Source: a virus | Taxonomy: Duplodnaviria > Caudoviricetes | Direction: 5' to 3' (one strand) | DNA: 64,000 bases | IMG/VR virus record: IMGVR_UViG_2836880742_000002 | Location: 1 to 64,000 of that record | Shown: piece by piece, positions 1-9,334 of the stretch | How the letters are laid out: each line of letters starts with the position of its first letter | Numbering within the stretch: position 1 is the first letter of the stretch | The notes under the pieces: model-generated | Seen by the model: the letters and a program-made list of their open reading frames with translations, nothing else | What the model was told of the DNA's origin: nothing | Databases searched by the model: none | Program-made: the position numbers and the translations under genes

Positions 1-114
1 CTATATGAGATTCCAATATAAAACCGGCAGCAACCGGCAATAATCCATATACGGGATATTGTCGGTACTGTCAATCAGCTCATTTATATAATCTTCTTCT
101 TGCATATTAAGATA

Positions 115-549
115 TTATGTATCCACAAACATTTTTTTCATTTCGAGTATGTCTTCCGCTTTTATTGTCACCTTTCCCAATTCACCGACAAGCATGTCTA
201 ACAGCGGATTATGAGGAAGATTCAGCACAAATTCACCCTTACCTACGGTAATGGGAATAATCCCAATTTCATATTCCTGCACATCCATTTCCTTGAATAA
301 GTCAATAAGCATGTCGATGGCGGCATCTGTGTCAATCACTCCATTTTCATCCCCCACGAAAAGCATGATACGCTCCACCATGCTGTTTATTTTTAAATCT
401 TCTTTCGCAAGGTAATTGTAAAGTCCCCGCTTTAGTATGACCCTTGTTTGTGGTTTCTTTGGAAACAGGGCATCAATCTTACTCCCAGTCCAATTTTTTA
501 TGGCTTCTTTTATTCCCTCTTTCAATTTTATAACATCCGATGTTTCCAT
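115..549 (-). CDS. Hypothetical phage protein
   Basis: 144-aa ORF starting 2 nt after the stop of the upstream ORF. Confidence 0.7.
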   Translation of the reverse strand: METSDVIKLKEGIKEAIKNWTGSKIDALFPKKPQTRVILKRGLYNYLAKEDLKINSMVERIMLFVGDENGVIDTDAAIDMLIDLFKEMDVQEYEIGIIPITVGKGEFVLNLPHNPLLDMLVGELGKVTIKAEDILEMKKMFVDT

Positions 550-551
550 GA

Positions 552-1034
552 TTATTTCTTTTTAGGTTTCCCGTTTTTCATATCGATGAACTCCTGCCAG
601 GTCATGTCACTGTGTTCCGTCATATACTCCCGGAACAGCGCGTCCCTTTTGGCTGTTTCTTCCTTGGCAGCCCTTGACATCCTCTTCACGAACGAAAGTT
701 GTTGTTCCAAGATGGCTTTCCCTTCCGGTGACGATTCTATCCGTCCCTTGACAAGCATAAGGATTTCAGCGTTTACCATTTCCTGAATGGCCACACTGTT
801 TTCATAATATTCTTTGTTGTTCACCAATACAGATTTTTCCTGCTCGTTAAGAGAAGATACAATCTTGTCTATCTCATCCCATAACGGCGTGGATGTCCTT
901 TGATGCCCGGGAACGGGTTGAACAGGCATATTCCTTAACTCTTGCAATTTCTGTGCATACATTTCATTCTGCCGTTCAAGTTGTTCCAAACTCGGCCGGT
1001 TCCCTAATAACGGGTCATTTTCAAACATTCCCAT
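552..1034 (-). CDS. Hypothetical phage protein
   Basis: Start reassigned to ATG 1034 (MGMFEND) after an A-rich leader; the longer ORF overlaps the upstream gene and a hairpin. Confidence 0.7.
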   Translation of the reverse strand: MGMFENDPLLGNRPSLEQLERQNEMYAQKLQELRNMPVQPVPGHQRTSTPLWDEIDKIVSSLNEQEKSVLVNNKEYYENSVAIQEMVNAEILMLVKGRIESSPEGKAILEQQLSFVKRMSRAAKEETAKRDALFREYMTEHSDMTWQEFIDMKNGKPKKK

Positions 1035-1066
1035 GATAATATCTTTGTTAGTGGTTTTTAATGGAA

Positions 1067-1098
1067 AGTGGTATCGCCCCCGAAGGGGCTTTACCACT
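1067..1098 (-). other. Intergenic C(UUCG)G hairpin
   Basis: AGTGGTA-xx-GCCCC/GGGGC-xx-TACCACT stem with a UUCG loop on the minus strand. Confidence 0.6.
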
Positions 1099-1122
1099 AA
1101 CGCTTCTTCCTGCGTGCCGGTT

Positions 1123-1887
1123 TTACGCCGTCGGTGCTGTGCCCTGCCTGCGTGCGCAATCGCATCCGAAAGGGTTTGCACCCTCCAATACCGTTGTTGT
1201 CGGTGTGCTCGGCAAACCTACCACACCATAAATGGCACGACAAGTCTTACGGTCTGTATAACACATGCTTTCTTTCAAAACGCCTTCCAATCCCATTTGG
1301 ATAATCTTGTTTTGATAAAGGTTGGCGATTTCCATGCCATACACTTTCTTATCCAATTCACAGAACTTCTCCGAGTAACGCTCGTTGATCGTGTCATACA
1401 AGTCTCTCTGTCCCTTGTACAGTCCGAATGCGGCCGTATTCAGTTTTTCGCTCATGTGGTCATACAGGTCACGGGAAGCCTTATAGTTTCCAAAGTCTCC
1501 TTCCACTTGAGACTTCCACAGGCCAAACTTTTCAGCCACGTCCGTATCCCGGTGGGCATACATCTGTTCCATGGTGTTCACTTTCAGCCCCCAAATGGTG
1601 TTGGTTAACGCAATGGCATCCTCACACTCCTTTTCCCATGCCTGAAAGGCTGTAGGAGCCGCACCGGAACGTCCTGCAATGGCATCACTGACGGTGTTGA
1701 TATTCACGTTTTCAGGCATTCCTCCACCGATTCCCAACCCGCTTCTACGGGATGCACCCCACAAGCCCAAAGCTGTTCCGGCAATACCGAAGCCCAACGC
1801 CGTTCCGGCCATACTCTTGGAAGCATACTCTTTCTTGCCGTCCTCGTAGACTTTTTTTTCCACGATTTCTTTCTTCTCTGTATCCAT
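1123..1887 (-). CDS. Hypothetical phage protein with Gly/Ala hydrophobic segment and Cys-containing tail
   Basis: 254-aa ORF; GTALGFGIAGTALGLW; TATTTTTG promoter-like box upstream. Confidence 0.7.
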   Translation of the reverse strand: MDTEKKEIVEKKVYEDGKKEYASKSMAGTALGFGIAGTALGLWGASRRSGLGIGGGMPENVNINTVSDAIAGRSGAAPTAFQAWEKECEDAIALTNTIWGLKVNTMEQMYAHRDTDVAEKFGLWKSQVEGDFGNYKASRDLYDHMSEKLNTAAFGLYKGQRDLYDTINERYSEKFCELDKKVYGMEIANLYQNKIIQMGLEGVLKESMCYTDRKTCRAIYGVVGLPSTPTTTVLEGANPFGCDCARRQGTAPTA

Positions 1888-1957
1888 AATTAAATCTATT
1901 TAATCCGGCCAATATTAACCGTATCACAAAAATATGGATACATGGCGAATAAAAAAA

Positions 1958-2251
1958 TCAGTTCTTTCCCAACTCATTCCCGATTCTTTCCCGATATATT
2001 CCCATCATTTTCCCGCACCTCACACGCGAAGAAAAATTGGACAGCATATAGTTTACCGCGCGTTTCGTCTTGTGCACCAATAATGCAATCCGGGAAGGGT
2101 AGAAGCCCTCCTTGGAAAGGAAATACACGAGAAGGTAACGCGCATCAACCACCTCCGTTTCCTTGCTTCCCGACAATATGATTCTTGGTGAAATCTCCGT
2201 TTCCCTGCTGACAACCTGAATAATCTCATTAAAAATATCTTCCTTGCACAT
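1958..2251 (-). CDS. Small HTH protein resembling the DnaA C-terminal domain
   Basis: IIQVVS...ILSGSKETEVVDARYLLVYFL...IALLVHKT pattern. Confidence 0.6.
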   Translation of the reverse strand: MCKEDIFNEIIQVVSRETEISPRIILSGSKETEVVDARYLLVYFLSKEGFYPSRIALLVHKTKRAVNYMLSNFSSRVRCGKMMGIYRERIGNELGKN

Positions 2252-2272
2252 ACAAAATCCGATTTTTATTCA

Positions 2273-2280
2273 TATCTTTG
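2273..2280 (+). promoter_or_regulatory. Bacteroidetes -7 promoter box
   Basis: TATCTTTG matches TAnnTTTG; lies immediately before a structured region. Confidence 0.55.
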
Positions 2281-2283
2281 TCA

Positions 2284-2404
2284 TACCACATGACAAGGCG
2301 TTTATATACAACGATAGCTCGCGATGAAGACATAAAGCCCTCAACGCGCGAGCTATTTTCGCGTCTTGTCATGTGGTAATGCAAGGAACGTTGGGGGCTT
2401 TTTT
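2284..2404 (+). ncRNA. Candidate pseudoknotted small RNA
   Basis: Perfect 14-bp (2284-2297/2365-2378) and 10-bp (2314-2323/2347-2356) stems, 13-bp loop-tail pairing (2334-2346/2389-2401), U-tract at the end; three G-U pairs only on + strand. Confidence 0.6.
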
Positions 2405-2431
2405 ATACTCCCGTCCCCGAAGGAGTAAACA

Positions 2432-2875
2432 TTACTTTTTCAGCCTGTACACAAACCTCCCGAATCCTATAAGGATGCAAACGACCACGGCCACGAGCGC
2501 AAAGCCCCCATAGTGCAGCTTCGTTTCCTCCCACCTCGAAAGCTTCCGCTCCACAGGATAAGGCACGCCAACGCTGTCCGTCCTCACCGACACCAACGTG
2601 TCCCTCACCACGCGCTCCCTCCAGTGCGTCCGGTACTTGTATTCCGTCCTATACACCGTGTCCCTCTCCGTCCTCAATTCCACGTGAATCGAATCCTTCA
2701 AGTAAACACTGTCCACAGACCACCGCGCACCATGCACGCTGTCTATCCTCACCGTCTCCACCGGCACGTACTGCACCCGTGCACATCCGCACACGGCAAA
2801 CAACGACAGCCCCACCACGAGCCAGAACACCGGCACCATCAGCCAAGGCCAGAACACTTTAAAAAATCTATTCAT
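2432..2875 (-). CDS. Lipoprotein with C-terminal TM helix; putative unimolecular spanin
   Basis: Hydrophobic signal with lipobox-like AVCGC, C-terminal TM and basic tail; downstream of endolysin; start reassigned to ATG 2875. Confidence 0.6.
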   Translation of the reverse strand: MNRFFKVFWPWLMVPVFWLVVGLSLFAVCGCARVQYVPVETVRIDSVHGARWSVDSVYLKDSIHVELRTERDTVYRTEYKYRTHWRERVVRDTLVSVRTDSVGVPYPVERKLSRWEETKLHYGGFALVAVVVCILIGFGRFVYRLKK

Positions 2876-2899
2876 TCCTACTTCTTTTTGTGGCAACGA

Positions 2900-2940
2900 A
2901 AAAGCGGCAACCCCGACTTGTTTATGTGGGATTGCCGCTT
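2900..2940 (-). terminator. Putative intrinsic terminator after the Panacea pair
   Basis: AAGCGGCAA...TTGCCGCTT stem followed by U-run on the minus strand. Confidence 0.5.
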
Positions 2941-3054
2941 GATTAATGAAATGGTTTCGTGTGGCTTGGTTACTATTCTCCTGATGCAAAATGATAGCCC
3001 GTTGAAACCTACCTTGTGAGCCACGCAAACACGTAGCCTTTCAATTCCAAGGGG

Positions 3055-3438
3055 CTATCTTTTGGGATGGAATAAATATTTTGCGACAAAATTGAATATC
3101 CCTATCACATTGGCCAACGATGTGGTAAGTAGGGTAATAAGTACACTGTCTGACAGTAAGATTGTCCTACGTCCACTTAAATATACGATGACCAAAGAAG
3201 CTAACATATACAAACACATGAATCCAAATATCACGTAACTGAATATTTTCCGTTGCTCACGGTCTTGTTTAAGTCCCTCTATTTCCTCCCTTTGGCGGTC
3301 TATCTGTGCACGCAGGTAGTCTATTGTCAGTTCATTGGACGTTTGTTCCAACAAATTCACCTGTGATTCTTCGGATTCCTCCTTGTCCTTGCCTTCATCA
3401 GAAAGGATTCGCATAAGGTCTTCAAACTTTCCTTTCAT
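3055..3438 (-). CDS. Coiled-coil plus 2-TM protein; putative toxin partner of Panacea
   Basis: 4-nt overlap with the Panacea gene; two hydrophobic helices. Confidence 0.6.
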   Translation of the reverse strand: MKGKFEDLMRILSDEGKDKEESEESQVNLLEQTSNELTIDYLRAQIDRQREEIEGLKQDREQRKIFSYVIFGFMCLYMLASLVIVYLSGRRTILLSDSVLITLLTTSLANVIGIFNFVAKYLFHPKR

Positions 3439-3950
3439 GAATTGTGTGACTTTAATACAGTTTCAACAAGCTTTTCATAATACAAGGCTGTTACTTCATC
3501 CGGAATGGGAACATTTTGTTCTGGTATATAACAAACAGACCATGGCGTGCCCTTCCGGTGCGTCAAAGCGACCATCTCGGCATCCGTAAAATCAAGGTAA
3601 CGCTTCCATACCATCTCGACAATTTTCTTTGCCTTGTCACCCTCCAACACAGGCTCCGGAAATGAAATCGTACAATTCTTTTCGTCCCAATCCATCACAA
3701 CGGCCTTTTCTGTTATAGGGCCGGCTTTGTATTGCTTGAAAGAATGGTAGACGGATGGAATTACAGGCCCGTATTTCCATGCCTCCACCTTGTCAAAACG
3801 GTTGTCAAGCAAAGATTCTTTGTTTATCGCCAAAGAGAATCCGTGAGCTATATAGACACGTTTCATCAAACCTAATTGCGTCAGGTTCTTATTCTCCTTT
3901 TTTGCTAAATCAATGAGATAATTAGCCACAGAAAGTGCATTATCTTTCAT
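3435..3950 (-). CDS. Panacea (DUF4065/SocA-like) antitoxin domain protein
   Basis: VANYLI, EAWKYGPVIPSVY and LTH...PW motifs. Confidence 0.85.
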   Translation of the reverse strand: MKDNALSVANYLIDLAKKENKNLTQLGLMKRVYIAHGFSLAINKESLLDNRFDKVEAWKYGPVIPSVYHSFKQYKAGPITEKAVVMDWDEKNCTISFPEPVLEGDKAKKIVEMVWKRYLDFTDAEMVALTHRKGTPWSVCYIPEQNVPIPDEVTALYYEKLVETVLKSHNS

Positions 3951-4087
3951 ATTTTAACATTTGAATAGGACAAAAATAGAGTAAATTGTCCATCTTTCCA
4001 AGTTTGTTAAGCCTTATTTGTCTTCATTAACTGCAATCCCACCAAGTCAAAGATCGCTTCCCCGCCACCGGGTTAATAATCATTCAT

Positions 4088-4222
4088 TCACATCGCCAAC
4101 GCCCGTGCCAACATCCAGACACCAAAAGCCAACACGAGGAAGACCAACCAAGGCGGCAAACCCTTCCCGTCGCCCCCTCCGCCGTCGTCAAGCATCGGCC
4201 AGTATTCATCACTCGTTCCCAT
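4088..4222 (-). CDS. 44-aa single-TM protein (absent from the ORF track)
   Basis: MGTSDEYWPMLDDGGGGDGKGLPPWLVFLVLAFGVWMLARALAM, starts 2 nt after the endolysin stop. Confidence 0.5.
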   Translation of the reverse strand: MGTSDEYWPMLDDGGGGDGKGLPPWLVFLVLAFGVWMLARALAM

Positions 4223-4224
4223 GT

Positions 4225-4668
4225 TCACGCGATATTAAAGAACCTGTCAGCCTCCCATTTCCTGCGCTTCACCAGTCCGTCAAGCTTCCGCTTCTTCCCG
4301 GCCACCGTGGCATACACCCACCTCATGAACTCCGCACGCACCTCCGCATCCGGCGCGCAAGCCCGTATTTTCTTCAAAAGTGTGGAACCGGCCAACGCGT
4401 CGCACCCAAGGTTGTACGCGAAGTCCACCAATGCGTCGAACTTGTTCTGCCGCTCCGTCACGCCTAATTTGTCCACGAATGCCTCATATTCTGCCAAGTC
4501 GCGCCTGAGCTGCCGTTCCGCTTCGCCCTCCGTCATCTTGTCGCCGCGCTTCACGCCAACCGTATGTCCGTAGCCTATCGTCCACACGCCCGCCGGGCAC
4601 TTGTAAGCCGTGCCACGGAAACCCTCGAATCTCTTTATCGCCTCAATCAATGTGTTGCTCGCTTTCAT
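4225..4668 (-). CDS. Endolysin, GH24 phage lysozyme
   Basis: IKRFEG...AYKCPAGVWTIGYGHT, FDALVDFAYNLG, GLVKRRKWE. Confidence 0.93.
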   Translation of the reverse strand: MKASNTLIEAIKRFEGFRGTAYKCPAGVWTIGYGHTVGVKRGDKMTEGEAERQLRRDLAEYEAFVDKLGVTERQNKFDALVDFAYNLGCDALAGSTLLKKIRACAPDAEVRAEFMRWVYATVAGKKRKLDGLVKRRKWEADRFFNIA

Positions 4669-4680
4669 GTCATCCTATAT

Positions 4681-4866
4681 TTAATTCATTACCAATATTT
4701 TTTTCCTTGCGCAGGCATCCTCCCACACAATAAACAGCCAAGAAGAAACAAAACAAGCAGCAATCGTAAATAAAACTATCAACATTCCCATCTTTATCTC
4801 CTTTTTTTGTTTAACTTTGCCACCGCCTCCCGTGAGGGACGCTTGAAGAACTAACATGTTTTTCAT
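4681..4866 (-). CDS. Small membrane protein
   Basis: 61-aa ORF with one hydrophobic helix, immediately upstream of endolysin. Confidence 0.4.
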   Translation of the reverse strand: MKNMLVLQASLTGGGGKVKQKKEIKMGMLIVLFTIAACFVSSWLFIVWEDACARKKILVMN

Positions 4867-4912
4867 GGTATAAAGTTTTTAAATGGAGGGGAGGCGGCGT
4901 GCCTCCCCGTTT

Positions 4913-5130
4913 TCATGACCCGCTTCCCTTAAGTGCTTCTATTTCATCCCTTAATGCAGAAATTTCCGATTTTATGGCCTCAATTTTATCATTTAGTTCT
5001 TTTCCCATTGCGGCGGATAGCGGCTTGTCTGTGCTGCTATTAGTGAGTGTATTATTAACATCTGCAACTCTCACTAAAGAGTCCTGTTGTATTAGGTTAA
5101 TAGAATACCCACTACCAGTTGAATAATGTA
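4913..5130 (-). pseudogene. Orphan C-terminal fragment of a tail-fibre-like gene cut off by the insertion
   Basis: Translates ...VNNTLTNSSTDKPLSAAMGKELNDKI...EIEALKGSGS*, the same repeat type as in 25186-26115 and 27866-29269; no start on this side of the junction. Confidence 0.75.
5125..5130. repeat. Left junction direct repeat AATGTA
   Basis: Identical to 25170-25175; collapsing the copies restores a reading frame. Confidence 0.7.
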
Positions 5131-5483
5131 TTTAGAAGCGTAGAACAACCAAAAACAACCAGAAATACTCAAGCGTAAATCTTTATCTATCAGCATATTC
5201 TAAAAATTAACACTTTTCGGCTGCTTTTTGATGCTTCCCAAATTTCCACATATTTTTGAGACGTATTTCTGACGTGGAGAATTTGTGGAGCTTGTTTTTT
5301 GTCACATCATGCAGACAGTTCACAAGGGTTTACAACCGTTTACGACAAGCGACAGCAACCGTTCCTTCTTGCAGCGATGGTAACATCGTGCAGAAAGGCG
5401 ACAACGGTTGACTTCCGTTTACTTCCATTCACCATTTCAGGGATACACGATTAAAGGAATGAACCAGTAAACGATAAAGCAGC

Positions 5484-6425
5484 ATGAAAACAACCAGAAA
5501 ATGCAGTTTTTGCGGCAAGTCATTTGTAACCCGGAGCGGGGTACAGAAATATTGCAGCGAGGCTTGTCAGGCGGAAGCCAAACGAGCCAGAACGGAACAG
5601 AAAAACAATCTTTTCAAAGTCGCCCAACCCTTGATGGAGATACAGCATCAGGAGTATCTCACCTTTTCCAAAGCAGCCACGCTCATGGGCTGTTCCCGGC
5701 AGTATGTTTACAAACTTGTAGCCCTCGGCAAGCTGAAAGCCTCACGCATCAGCAACCGCATGGCATTCATCCGCAAGGCAGACATCGAGCGGATGCTGGA
5801 GGGCAACCCTTACCATCGTGTCCTGCCCGGCTGCACTTCCACACCGAAAAAAGCCGCTTCATCTTCTTTGCCTGCCAAAAGAGAAAAGAGGGAAAAGGAT
5901 ATAGATGAAGTAATGGACTTCTATTCAGGTGAGAATGTGATGTCGCTCTTCAAGGTCAAGCAGTCGTGGCTCTATACCACCGCCAAGCGTAACCGCATCC
6001 CCATCTGCCGCATCGCTGGGAAGAACTATTACAGCAAGAAGCATGTTGACGAGTTTTTCGGTGTGGCTGTAGATACAAGCAATATCACTGACTGGCTCCT
6101 GATTGAAGAAGCGGAAGAACTGTTCGGCATGAAGCCGACCGCACTCCGGGCATACGCCCACCGCCACAAGATACCGACCAAAAGAGAATACGGGCGCACC
6201 TACTACTCCAAATCCCATTTGGATGAACTCCGCAGGACAGACCTCATAAACGATGAACGCTACTACACCGTGGAACAAGTCCGGCAGATTTACGGGCTTT
6301 CCTCAGCCAACATCAGCCATATCGTCAAGGTGAAGCGCATCGAAAAGATAAAGGTCGGAGTGAAAAACCTGCTTTTGCGCTCCGATGTGGAGCGTGTCAT
6401 GGCTGAAAGGGAGAAACAACCGTGA
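5484..6425 (+). CDS. Zn-finger plus multiple excisionase-type HTH DNA-binding protein
   Basis: CxxC...CxxxC N-terminus, then repeated YLTFSKAA/WLLIEEA/YYTVEQV HTH units. Confidence 0.75.
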   Translation: MKTTRKCSFCGKSFVTRSGVQKYCSEACQAEAKRARTEQKNNLFKVAQPLMEIQHQEYLTFSKAATLMGCSRQYVYKLVALGKLKASRISNRMAFIRKADIERMLEGNPYHRVLPGCTSTPKKAASSSLPAKREKREKDIDEVMDFYSGENVMSLFKVKQSWLYTTAKRNRIPICRIAGKNYYSKKHVDEFFGVAVDTSNITDWLLIEEAEELFGMKPTALRAYAHRHKIPTKREYGRTYYSKSHLDELRRTDLINDERYYTVEQVRQIYGLSSANISHIVKVKRIEKIKVGVKNLLLRSDVERVMAEREKQP

Positions 6426-6559
6426 GCAACCGACATTTCCGGAAAATTATTTCAAAATGATTGCCGTGGAGGTATTCACGGTTGTTTCACGTTGTTCCTT
6501 TGTCACCGTAAACACGGGGACACCTCCGAAAATGTACAACCAGTTAAAACAACATCATT

Positions 6560-7678
6560 ATGAGCAAATGCAAGACAGTTACCTTGCGCAAGCGCAAGAT
6601 TAAGAACGGTACACAGTATTCGCTGTGTCTGGACTATTATCCCGGCTATCGTGACAACACCACCATGAAAGTGATTACACGTGAAGCTCTGGGAATTTAC
6701 ATTTTCGCCAAACCCGCCAATCAGCAGGAGCGTGACTTCAACGCACGCATGATGAAAAAGGCGGAGATACTTCGCAACAGGCGTTACGAAGCCATCTTCA
6801 ACGAAAATAACGGCTTCTTTGACAAAGCCAGGATGAAAGGGGATTTCCTCGCCTACTTCAAGGAGCTGGCAGAGAGGAAGAATATCAAGTGGCAGCACGT
6901 TTACAAGCACTTCGAGCGGTTCGTGAACGGCAAATGTACCTTTGAGGAGGTGGACGTGGACTTGTGCCGCAAGTTTATGGAATACCTGCTTAACGCACCC
7001 CAATCCATACACACCAACCAAAAACTGCATGTCAATTCTGCGGCAGGCTACTGGTCGGCTTTCCGTGCGGTACTTCACACCGCCTACCGGGACAGGAAGA
7101 TAAAGGAGAACCCAAACGGATTCTTAGACCGCATCGAGTGTATTCCCACCATGAGGGAACATCTGAGCCAAGAGGAACTGATATGGCTTGCCGAAACCCC
7201 TTGCGAGGAAGATGTCTTGAAAAGGGCTTTTCTTTTCGCCTGCCTGACCGGACTGCGGAAGAGCGACATCAGGCAGCTCACTTGGCAGCAGATACAGCCG
7301 TACACCAACGGTAAGATGTTTGTGACCACCCGTATGCAGAAGACGAAGCAGATTGTACACAACCCCATCAGTGATGAAGCCTACGGGCTGCTCGGAGAAC
7401 GGTGCGAGGGGCTTATCTTTGACGGATTCAAGGACAAGATGCTTCAAGGACCGCTCAAACGCTGGCTCTTGGCGGCAGGCATTACCAAGAAGATAACCTT
7501 TCACTGCACCCGGCATTCATTCGGAAGCCTGCACGTGGAAATGGGTACGGACATGGCTGTCATACAAGCCTATATGGGACACAAGAACATTACCACCACA
7601 CAGATTTATTCCAAGATGGCGGCACAGCAGATGTGCGAGGTCGTGGACAAGATAACCCTGAAACGCAAGGAGACATAA
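6560..7678 (+). CDS. int: Tyrosine integrase of the element
   Basis: TGLRKSD, K, HCTRHSF, MGH...TTQIY catalytic residues. Confidence 0.93.
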   Translation: MSKCKTVTLRKRKIKNGTQYSLCLDYYPGYRDNTTMKVITREALGIYIFAKPANQQERDFNARMMKKAEILRNRRYEAIFNENNGFFDKARMKGDFLAYFKELAERKNIKWQHVYKHFERFVNGKCTFEEVDVDLCRKFMEYLLNAPQSIHTNQKLHVNSAAGYWSAFRAVLHTAYRDRKIKENPNGFLDRIECIPTMREHLSQEELIWLAETPCEEDVLKRAFLFACLTGLRKSDIRQLTWQQIQPYTNGKMFVTTRMQKTKQIVHNPISDEAYGLLGERCEGLIFDGFKDKMLQGPLKRWLLAAGITKKITFHCTRHSFGSLHVEMGTDMAVIQAYMGHKNITTTQIYSKMAAQQMCEVVDKITLKRKET

Positions 7679-7702
7679 GGCATCCTCAAAGTCCGGGATA
7701 TT

Positions 7703-7751
7703 CATAGGGAGCGGTTATTGCGTGGAGCTTTAACCGCTCCCTATGTTTTTT
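7703..7751 (+). terminator. Intrinsic terminator
   Basis: CATAGGGAGCGGTTA/TAACCGCTCCCTATG 15-bp stem followed by T-run. Confidence 0.8.
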
Positions 7752-7923
7752 ACCCACCATTCCTTAAAAAGTCCTTAAAGTACGATAATCGGGTACGATT
7801 TCGGACATTTGGTGAAAAACATTGAAAAAGAAACCACTAACCAAGGATAATGAGCAATAATTGGAAGAAGACTATTAAATTTGCGAAAACAGCAACAAGT
7901 AACAACCGAATAAGACAAGAAAC

Positions 7924-8745
7924 ATGGAACCGTCCGTAAAAGACAAACATATCATTTGGGGATTTGTCGGCTTTGCCATCCTCCTAATATCTTCCATAGC
8001 GACACTGGTTGTCGCAGATAAATTCAATCAGGACAACTTTGTGCGTCTGATAGTCTTTGTATGCAGCAACCTCCTTGGCTGGCTGCTCTATTTCTCTTTC
8101 CAGACAGTCATTTTCGACACATACGAAATCTACCGAATCAAGTTCGGCAAGAAAAAGACACCTGTCGAAATTGCAGAAGTTCGGGAAGACCAGCCCCAAG
8201 ATGCACACAAGCCTGTACCCCCGGCATCAATGTCGACAGGAGGGGAAGCAGCCCCGGATATAAGACCGACAGAGATTGCCATATCTCCGGAACTTCACGA
8301 GAAAAACCGTGCCGACTACGAGGACAGGGAGCAGCGGGAAAATGAAGAGCGCATCGCTATGGTCATGGAATACATCCATTTCATTATGCCCCGAATTGCC
8401 GACAAGGAGACCGTGAACCACATCTGTGGTGAGGTCAACAACTGGATGCGGCTTCACAGTTACAAGCCCAAGCCAATAAAAGGACGGCTGACCAAAGACA
8501 TTTCAAACATTCCGCTCCGGCATTTCGTGTGGAATATCTCCGAGCGTTTCATGTACAAGAAATACTACACGGGGGACAACCGTGCCCGCTTCATCAGCAC
8601 CCTTTTTCCACGGGAGTTTGCCGATACGGACATAGCGACCATCAAGAACTTCAAGGTAGAGCCGTTAAAGACACTGATTCCCATTGACGAGCCGGAAAAC
8701 GGCAGACTGGATTTCCATTATCCGGCAGATTATGTACGGAAATAG
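7924..8745 (+). CDS. Membrane-anchored element backbone protein
   Basis: Two N-terminal TM helices; LRHFVWNI motif; between int and xis. Confidence 0.6.
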   Translation: MEPSVKDKHIIWGFVGFAILLISSIATLVVADKFNQDNFVRLIVFVCSNLLGWLLYFSFQTVIFDTYEIYRIKFGKKKTPVEIAEVREDQPQDAHKPVPPASMSTGGEAAPDIRPTEIAISPELHEKNRADYEDREQRENEERIAMVMEYIHFIMPRIADKETVNHICGEVNNWMRLHSYKPKPIKGRLTKDISNIPLRHFVWNISERFMYKKYYTGDNRARFISTLFPREFADTDIATIKNFKVEPLKTLIPIDEPENGRLDFHYPADYVRK

Positions 8746-8954
8746 TATAACCAGCCTTTCCATAACCAATAATCGTAAGTATTCAACAACAGATAACTAT
8801 CTGTTCTACACCGCTTCCCGAATAATTTTGCCCGTCATTCACGGTTGGGCATCATTATTCGGGAATTATTTTGCAATGACCATTCGTGGAAGTATTCACA
8901 GCTGTATCATTCCAGTCCTTTGCGCCAAGCCTTACAAAAGAGGCGACTACGCAA

Positions 8955-9329
8955 ATGGAAAAAACAGTGATTACATTCAACGACCTCCCGGAGGTCGTGG
9001 CTCAGCTTCGGGACGAGGTGATGAGCCTGAGAAACCTGCTTACCGAGCAGCGCAGTGTGAACAATGCAAAGGCGGTGGACACCCATGTCCCCATGTCAGT
9101 GGAAGAGGCGGCGGAATATCTGGGCATTCCCAAAGGCACGCTCTACATGAAGCTGTCAGAGGGAAGCATTCCCGCCACCAAACCCGGCAAACGATATTGC
9201 CTTTACAGGGACGAACTGGACAAATGGCTGGAATCCTCCCGTAAGAATCCCGTACCCCTGTCCGATGAGGAACTGAGCGAATCCTTATCTTCCTCCCACC
9301 GCCGCAAACCCGCTCCACGTAATTGGTAA
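8955..9329 (+). CDS. Excisionase-family HTH protein
   Basis: MSVEEAAEYLGIPKGTLY...IPATKPGKR...ELDKWL. Confidence 0.8.
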   Translation: MEKTVITFNDLPEVVAQLRDEVMSLRNLLTEQRSVNNAKAVDTHVPMSVEEAAEYLGIPKGTLYMKLSEGSIPATKPGKRYCLYRDELDKWLESSRKNPVPLSDEELSESLSSSHRRKPAPRNW

Positions 9330-9334
9330 ACGTC

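Noticed and set aside
2314-2356. Hammerhead ribozyme in the small RNA (CGATGAAG)
   Set aside because: Lacks the CUGAUGA and GAAA core in the required stem arrangement
5131-5165. Terminal inverted repeats of the mobilizable element; AACAACCA repeats as arm sites
   Set aside because: The end-to-end match is weak (about 6 of 13) and the short repeats could be chance
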